Of a DNA stretch of 64,000 nucleotides, positions 55,064-64,000 are shown piece by piece (position 1 is the first letter of the stretch; the number at the start of each line of letters is the position of its first letter). Source of the DNA: Bugula neritina (Eukaryota > Animalia > Bryozoa); contig OZ037769.1 of assembly GCA_964035545.1 (NCBI GenBank), forward strand, positions 14,662,633 to 14,726,632. Reading direction: 5' to 3'. The notes below the pieces were generated by a model. It saw only the letters and a program-made list of their open reading frames with translations, made no database searches and was not told the DNA's origin. The position numbers were made by a program, and so were the translations under genes.

Positions 55064-56442
55064 ATGTCTACCAGTGGTGAGTAAAGAGTTGTCTTCTGCT
55101 GCTTTTTATAAAACAAATTATTTCTATTTATAAATCTATTAGAATATTTTGTTTTTCTAACTCACAAATTTTGCATGTATTTGTTTTTAACTTTCTATAT
55201 ATTATAGACAGTTAAACTACTCTATAAGTCTATAGATCATAACTGCTTAATAAAACAGCTGGTATGTAACATTTATAATATTGATTTTTTAGAGAAAGAC
55301 TGGATGCTCTTCTTAACATTACCAATAGCCTTTACTGGGGTTTGAACCCATGACTTCATGTTCACAAAGCAAACACTTTAACCCCTAGACCACAGCTGCT
55401 CTCTTATATATTTTATCTAAGTAAATTTTAAATGTTTAAAAATTAAGATCTAGAGCAAGACTTAGCATTTGAGAATAATGACAGAGGTGAGAATCTAGAA
55501 TTTTCTTTTTTAGAGTTTAATGTTGAAGCAGATGACACAAAAGAAGGTTGTTCACAGATGTCAGTTTCAAATAACTATTCTACAATGCATAGTCTTAAAA
55601 AGATTAAAATATGTAGAGAATGTGGAGAAGACTTCGTTTATTTGCTGTGTGGCCTTGACACAAAAGAAGATAGTTATAGAGAGCCCAAAATATGTGCAAA
55701 GTGTGAAGAACACTTTAGAATATGCATGGAACTAGATAAGAATGACTCATACAGAAATCATTGCAAACAGGTTTCACAATCTCAGGAGTTATCTAAATAC
55801 ATGAACATTAGCTATGAAGAAAACTTTTATGAATTTGAAACATGCAACAATCTTTTCAAAGCCAGGGACGAATTAACTTATAGCCCCATTAAAAAGCACA
55901 ACTTAGAAAAGTCATATAAATGTAAAAAGTGTGACAAAGCATATACACAGAGAAGTAGTTTGTCTATTCATATGAGAATACACAGTGGAGAGAAACCTTA
56001 CAGATGTGAAACATGTGACAAGACTTTCACACAAAGAAGCAATCTATTGAGTCATATGAGAATACACACTGGGGAAAAGCCTTACAAGTGCAAAATATGT
56101 GATAGGAATTTCTCACAAAAAAACAATCTTTTGAGTCATTTGAGAATTCACAGTAGAGAAAAGCCTTACAGATGTGAAAGTTGTGGCAAGACTTTTAGAC
56201 AAAAAGCACATTTAATTGTTCATATGAGAGTTCACAGTGGAGAAAAACCTTACAGATGTGAAACATGTGGTCAGACTTTTACCCACAAAGGAGCTCTAAA
56301 TGTTCATATGAGAATACACATTGGGGAAAGACCATACAGGTGCAAAGTATGCGATAAAACTTTTCAACAAAGTAGTACTCTATCTCTTCATATGAGGACA
56401 CACAGTGAAGAGAAGCCATATAGATGTGAAGTTTGTGGCTAA
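55064..56442 (+). CDS. C2H2 zinc-finger gene ZF-F truncated by an in-frame TAA (6 intact fingers; ancestral stop at 56583); exons 55064-55076 and 55454-56442
   Basis: TGT GGC TAA ACT TTT, where paralogues have AAA. The frame continues for the rest of finger 7 and finger 8 to HSRE* at 56583. Confidence 0.8.
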
Positions 56443-57536
56443 ACTTTTAGCCACAAAGGACATCTAATTGTTCATATGAGAACTCATACTGGGGAAAAGC
56501 CATACAGATGTGAAACTTGTAGCAAGACTTATACCAGAAAACACCATCTAACTTTTCACATGAAAGTACACTCTAGAGAATAATATGAAATATATGGCTA
56601 GATGTTTAGAGATAGCAGACAGACTGTTGTATAAAAGCACAGCATGGCAAATTCAAATTATGTAAACTTGTGAACACTTTAAGAAGCTTTTCAAATTTAG
56701 CTATATAACTACATAAAATTGCATATTGAGATGAAACGACATTAAAACATGAAATATAATTAAAAACATTTAGCAAAATTATATTTGTTTTCCCAACTGT
56801 TTAGTGGGACAAACAGAGTAGTTTAATGTATTTGGAATAACTCTTAGCCCTGTAATCGCAAAATTACTTTACCACAATTATAAGGCAACTGCTTCAAGAC
56901 GTTTGGTCTTAAGGCATGGAGAACTATTTTTAGAAATGTATCATGAATACTGAGTTAGACAGTTTCTAGTTATATATATTAAGTGTTATTAGTAATTGTA
57001 TACTTTTTATCATTCTTATATTTAATAAACTTTAACATACATGTTTTTAATGTCTAATGCACAATTTATATGGCTTTGTGCAAAGATGTACGAATGTATT
57101 CAGATTGTACGATAAAGCGGCCTAATAATGCAAAAAATAGTATTACATAATGTTTATATAATATGTTTAAAAAACCAATATAAACGTATAAAAGCACTAT
57201 AGTAAAATGCTATACATATATATGTGGGGAGGTGCATTAAATAGGCTTTGAAGAGACATCTAAAAAGCAGATTAAATGTTCAATAATATTGAGCAAAATA
57301 TTATTATACTAGTGACATTTATTGCACAAATTTTCAAGAACAGTTTTAAATTTTTTTAAATGAATACTAATATATTTGAAGTCCTTTTCATTAGCCGATT
57401 CTTATTAAAGCTAACCCTGACAAAAATATTAGAAGCAAAGCATATTATATGGTCACAACGAAAAGATAACTCACTGAAATCATCACTTGAGTTTTGTGTG
57501 ATTCTCACGATTATGAGGCCAGGTCTTTAGTATGCA

Positions 57537-60500
57537 CACAGAAAGAAGTATTAGTGCAGCGCTTGCACTAAAGTTGTTGAAAGAGCCTTTTATTGTTGGT
57601 ATAGCCTGCACCACACCTCTAATAGTTGTTAGACCTGCATTTATTTTGATGAAATTGATAATTAATCCGATTAGTGTAAGCTGAAAAACATTTTGTAGTA
57701 GCTCTGAAACCACTTAGTTGTTAAGTCAACGCTACTTTTCACAAGTATTACATAATCATCATCCCTAGGTCTGAATGAAGCTAAACAGTAGTTGATAGAA
57801 GCAGAAAGTGAGATCAATGCTACAACTACATATGTTCAAGCAAAATTTTATTTACATAAGAGTTATGGAACAATTGGCAGTTGTTCATCTAACAACATTA
57901 TTCGTTCACATGTGCACTAATGATGATCACAAACCTTTATAGAAAGCTAGGATAGAGTAGAACCCTACATTTGGGTCATTTCAATTGGTGCTTCCCAGTT
58001 AGATGCTATTTATACATTTACGTGCAATTTATTTGAATACTATTGAAATATATGTGTATTTAAATAAATTTCAGTCAATTGCTTTTTATAATTGGCACAC
58101 AAATAAATTTCTTTGCTCTGCATAAACCTATTAATTTTACATTTTCTATATTTTTTGTTTTTTGAAAAAATGTGATTATTAATGCATTTAATGCTTTTTT
58201 TCAACACAAATATGGGAAAATTTAAATATTATTGCAAATATATCCTATTAATGGTTATTTTATGTTTAGCAATTGATATGAAAGTTATATAAGGGTATAT
58301 AGGTATATAATACTTAGTACCAAAACAAAAAATACAACCTAACTGGGGAGCATATAAGTGGAATGAAACTCCTTCAACTTACTAGCTGTTTATAATTTCG
58401 AAATTTTTTTGAACCCATGACATTTTCAAATGGCTTGTTACCAGACTACTATTAAACATTGCCCCACTCCGTTCATCAAAGACTTAAGTTGAATTTATCA
58501 ACAAAAAATTTCAACTGCACATATCTCTTGCATGGGTAGTTTAGGCTTCACTAGTCAATTTCATTCATGGAAAGGAAAGCCAAATAATTTAAAATGTGTG
58601 TAAAAGAGAAATCAGGGAGATGTACCATTAAACTCCAATGTACTCAGTTATCAGCAAATGTGTTTCAAACAAGAAGCTTAAAATTAGCAATGAAACAAGC
58701 TACTGAATAGTCAATTGTGGATCAGGTGAACCACTTCAAAAGCCTTGTGTAAACTTGTGTAAACTACCTGGTGGAACAAAAGAAGATGTTGCATAACAGA
58801 GCTATAGTAAGGAAATATTTAAATTGTAATTCAAAGGCAAGAAACTGGCTTACCAAGCATCGAAAGAGCAAAACAAGGTTATTACATAACAGCACATAGT
58901 TTTCATTCACTGCTATTGACAGAAGAAATATTCTGCCGGCATAGTGAACACCAGAGGCTCAGACTAAGAGGTTGTGCTTTGAGATTCAGTGAATTTGTGC
59001 TTCCAAACAACCTCACAATATGGAAAACGTTGAATCATTTTATCACATGGGTAAAGATTGCAGCTACCTCTCAGAGATAGAAGATGATCACTTTCTTTCA
59101 GAGTTAGGAACTGAAGTTGTCATTGCAGCAAAAGGTAAGTTCAATCATTTGCTTAACGTTGTCATTTTATATCACAATGACAGTATGACTATTGCTGTAG
59201 ACAGATAATTAAATTTGTGCAACTATAACTTTTAAGAGACCACATTGACTGATATTTCTCAAACTACTCTATTCCTATATCAATTTGATACGAGTTTTTC
59301 TGTAACAATCTATTTTGCAAAAAATTTAGCGTTTTTATTTCCACTTCACCTTCTAGCAATTTGTGCTAAATTCAATAATTTGAATTCCCCCCCCCCATTG
59401 TAGAAGTATTGTTAATAATGCAGTTTAGCAGCCTACAAGTGGTTATTAGCCTTAAGCAGCTGCCAAGCTAGCTTCTTGTTTTATAGCTAAGTACCAAAAT
59501 GCCAATATTAGTAGCTAGTTGGCAAAGTTGGCAAATTTTTTTATTAACTTCCATGCCACCAGTTTATTCTTTTATTTATCTTTGCACAGCACAATTAAAT
59601 ATAAAAACATGTTTAAGTAGCAATATTTTTCTTGGTAGTACTTTATTTGTTTTTCAATTTATAGACATACTGAAACTTATCAATATCTGTTATCTCGATA
59701 TGAGGGGTCTATATAAAATGCTGACTCTAGCTTAAATTGTGGTTCACTGACATTTTGAGATAATTTTAATGCAGAGAAGCTTCTATTAACTTAACTAATT
59801 ATGCCCAACAGCTCTTGCATTTGTAATCAAGAAAGAAGTAAAATAAAACGATGGCAAAAATTGTTACTAAATTTTGATAAGCTCAAACTAACCCAAACAC
59901 TACCCAACATAATGATCATAAGTTTGCCAAAGCCTGTATGGTTATTCAGAGTCAAACAATTGGTATGGTGGCGCTGAAAGTATGCTAAAAGATTCATAGC
60001 TAACATCATTGATACTATTAGTTTTGGCCTTAGACTTCAGCTTCTTCAAAGTTGAACTTAATTTATTTACGCTGCTTGTGATTGTACATGTATATCTTAA
60101 CCAAATGTATACTGCTCATACTAATACAGTTTAGATATTACTCAACTTTTATCTTTTGTTGTAGATTCAATAACATTTTTTAAGAATGCTGAATAGGAGC
60201 ACAAAAAAGAATTTGACTGCTACAAAACTTTGAATCATGCCGAGACCTTCAGCCTGCAAGCAGGCGCACTCACCACTACATTACAAGCGTCACTGGGTGC
60301 TCTCGACACTAGACCTTACCCACTTTTCAAGAACTCAGCTGCCTTTTTTATACTACTCCTTCAAGCTTCCCCGACCACTCAACTCCTCTCCGAGTACTAC
60401 CACACTTTACTAACTGCTGGAATTAGTTATAAAACTTCCCCCCTCCCCCCCTCCCGTACTTGGGTTACTATCACAGACCTCGGACTTGCACACAGGTGTG

Positions 60501-61304
60501 CTAACCATTACACACCACAACTGCTTGGTTATCGCTACACTACAAAGCAAGAATGTAATGACACACACTATGGTCTTAGCAGGTTCTGCTAATATTGAGA
60601 AAAGTTAACTGAATTTACAGTCGTAGAAAAATTCTGCAAATGTTTACTTTCATGTTTTTTTTCTTATTTTAATCTTTAGAAGTTATTTTTTGTTGCATTT
60701 CTTATATTCAACTATCATATACAATAAAATCCACATTACTATACTCTCATACCGGTTAGAAGTTATGACAAGTTAGTTCAGAGTGATCAGTAATAATTTT
60801 TGCAGAAGCTTATTTCCAACAAAAATTAGAGCAGCATGGAACATTTATAAGTTCAGCTTTGAATATAACTTAGTTCAGCATTGAGCATATTTAAGATCAT
60901 CATTGAACAGAAATAAGATCATCATTAAACATATATAATATCACTATTGAGCATAAATAAGCTCACCATTGAATATATATATAAGCTCACCATTGAACAT
61001 ATATAATATAACTATTGAAAATAAATAAGATCACTATTGAACATATATAATTTCACTATTGAGCATAAATAAGATCACCATTGAACATATATAAGATCAC
61101 TATTGAACATAACTTGGCTCATTGTAATAAATACAAAGAATCAACTTCACAACTCTTTATATCAACATTGATCTAACATACTATTCACTGTGAACAGTAC
61201 CTGACACTAATTTCTATTCACTGCTGGTCAATTTAGGGATCCAAAAAACGAGCTGTTTTAGTTGTCAGCTAATGTTCACTCTAACACTAATATTTCTCTC
61301 TGTG
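57537..61304. mobile_element. Non-autonomous or decayed CACTA/EnSpm (CMC)-like DNA transposon, 3.77 kb
   Basis: 20-bp TIRs CACAGAAAGAAGTATTAGTG and CACTAATATTTCTCTCTGTG (18/20 match); 2-bp TSD ca. Empty paralogous site tagtatgcaact at about 54062-54073. Subterminal tandem repeats; no intact transposase. Confidence 0.82.
60879..61110. repeat. About 10.5 copies of a 22-bp unit (cattgaacatatataagatcac), subterminal in the transposon
   Basis: Seen directly. Confidence 0.9.
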
Positions 61305-62290
61305 CAACTATAATATAAAACAGTAATTAAACTGTTATTCTCACACCTATTGTACTGAAATAAAATAAATAAATACTAAATGGGCTATATGATTTTAAAT
61401 TGATAGTTTTAGTTGAAGCCTCATCTAAAACTTGTATTTATAGTCTCAACACACAAAGAAATTATTATATTTGATAACTGACACATATTATTATATACAA
61501 TATACTGTTCCACTTGTTGGCTGTTTTATGAAATTCATGTCGACACATTTTACAGTCAGTTGATATTTAATATCATGATTGTTTTAAGATTTGATTTTTA
61601 CTCATTTTAATAATAGATTATAATAAACTGTAAGATATATTAAATGGGCACCATAAGTTATCTATTAACAAGAGTATTTTTAGAACTTAGTTGATGTTTG
61701 AGGTGAACTCACAGCTGGGTAAGCTTTATAGATATCTGCCTACAAAAATTATTTTATGACAGTGAGTTATATTGAAAGTCATTCTTAAATTTAAAGAACC
61801 GCAAGGTTGAAAAAATATAAATGTTTGCCATTATTGTTCCATGTATCTAGGATTTTTAAAGGTTTTATCAGAATTCCTATTGTCACTTTGAATAATAGAG
61901 AAAGATTTAATCTATAAGTTCCTAGTGATGGTGAGCTATGTATACAGATACATATATCCACCCGCAGGTGCGCAAACATTAATAAGATTAAATTTCAAGC
62001 AATAATTTATAAGACACGTATATTAATTGCTGCTTCCCCAGAACTTTCTCATCCTCAAAGCTTTCAGCAACCAAATAGCTAGTCTTCACTTTTTGTATGT
62101 TTAGTCTTAATTTTGCTATATGGTACCAATTTCATGGCTTTTTAAGCTACAATTTCCTATATTTTGAGATTTCCTAGTTTTTCTAAAGCTTTAATACTTT
62201 TAATTTAGTACTTCTGTTTATTAGATGTAATATTTTCTAGAATATTTTATTATTTTATTCGGTTCAGTATAGAAATACTAAAATATCGAG

Positions 62291-63387
<1,097 letters not shown>

Positions 63388-64000
63388 TGTGAAATATGTG
63401 GCTAGATGTTCAGAGAAAGCAGACAGACTGTTATATATAAAAGCACAGCATGGAAAATTCAAATTATGTAAACTTGTGAACACTTTAAGAAGCTATTTAA
63501 ATTTAGCTATATAACCACATAACATTGCATATTGAGATGAAACACCATCAAAACGTGAAATTTATACAATTAAAAACATTTAGCAAAGTTATATTTGTTA
63601 TACCAACCGTTTAGTGAGACACACTGAGCAGTTTAATGTATTTGGAATAACTTCTAGCCCTTTACCGTGAAGTTGTTTCAACAAGATTAAATAATTGTTT
63701 TGGTCAATGTATGAAAAACTATCTTTAAAAATGTGTTTTCAAAGCTGAACCAAACAGTTTTTAGTTATTCATTTAGCATTATAAGTGTTATTAGTAATTG
63801 TATAACTTTTATTGTTCTTATATATAATAAATTATGTTCATATACTTCAGTATTTAATCCATAATTTATATGGATTTGTGAAAAGGTGCTATGTATTCAT
63901 GATGTGTGCAATAATGCAAAAAATACCATTACATAATCTCTCCAATTTTAGTAACAAAAGTTTGCATGGTAGTTTTTAAGATTTTATGAATGATTTAACA

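Noticed and set aside
57483-60592. Transposase gene within the TIR element
   Set aside because: Only short, stop-interrupted ORFs with no recognisable DDE or Tnp2 motifs by eye.

Overview
AT-rich eukaryotic (invertebrate-like animal) genomic DNA with spliceosomal introns, tRNA-derived SINEs and long microsatellites; the species cannot be identified from sequence. Two inverted arms (about 1-12.6 kb and 41-64 kb) carry a lineage-specific C2H2 zinc-finger (ZF) family: 7 copies, of which 4 are intact, 1 has a nonsense truncation and 2 are pseudogenes. Four copies of an unexplained spliced unit ('X') with no long ORF but a conserved RNA hairpin are interleaved with them. The central block holds (i) a 20-exon, ~990-aa CLCA-like type I membrane gene whose HExxH motif is degenerate (KEFAH), and (ii) divergently oriented, two tandem P2X-like channel genes with intronless ORFs that keep all 10 cysteines but lack most canonical ATP-binding residues and carry an extra N-terminal hydrophobic segment. 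It also holds (iii) three near-identical 267-bp structured units in a (TA)n tract, each with a complete minus-strand type I hammerhead ribozyme (retrozyme/Penelope-like). A solo LTR and a CACTA/EnSpm-like insertion are defined against empty paralogous sites. All gene models and RNA folds were derived by eye; no database search was run.
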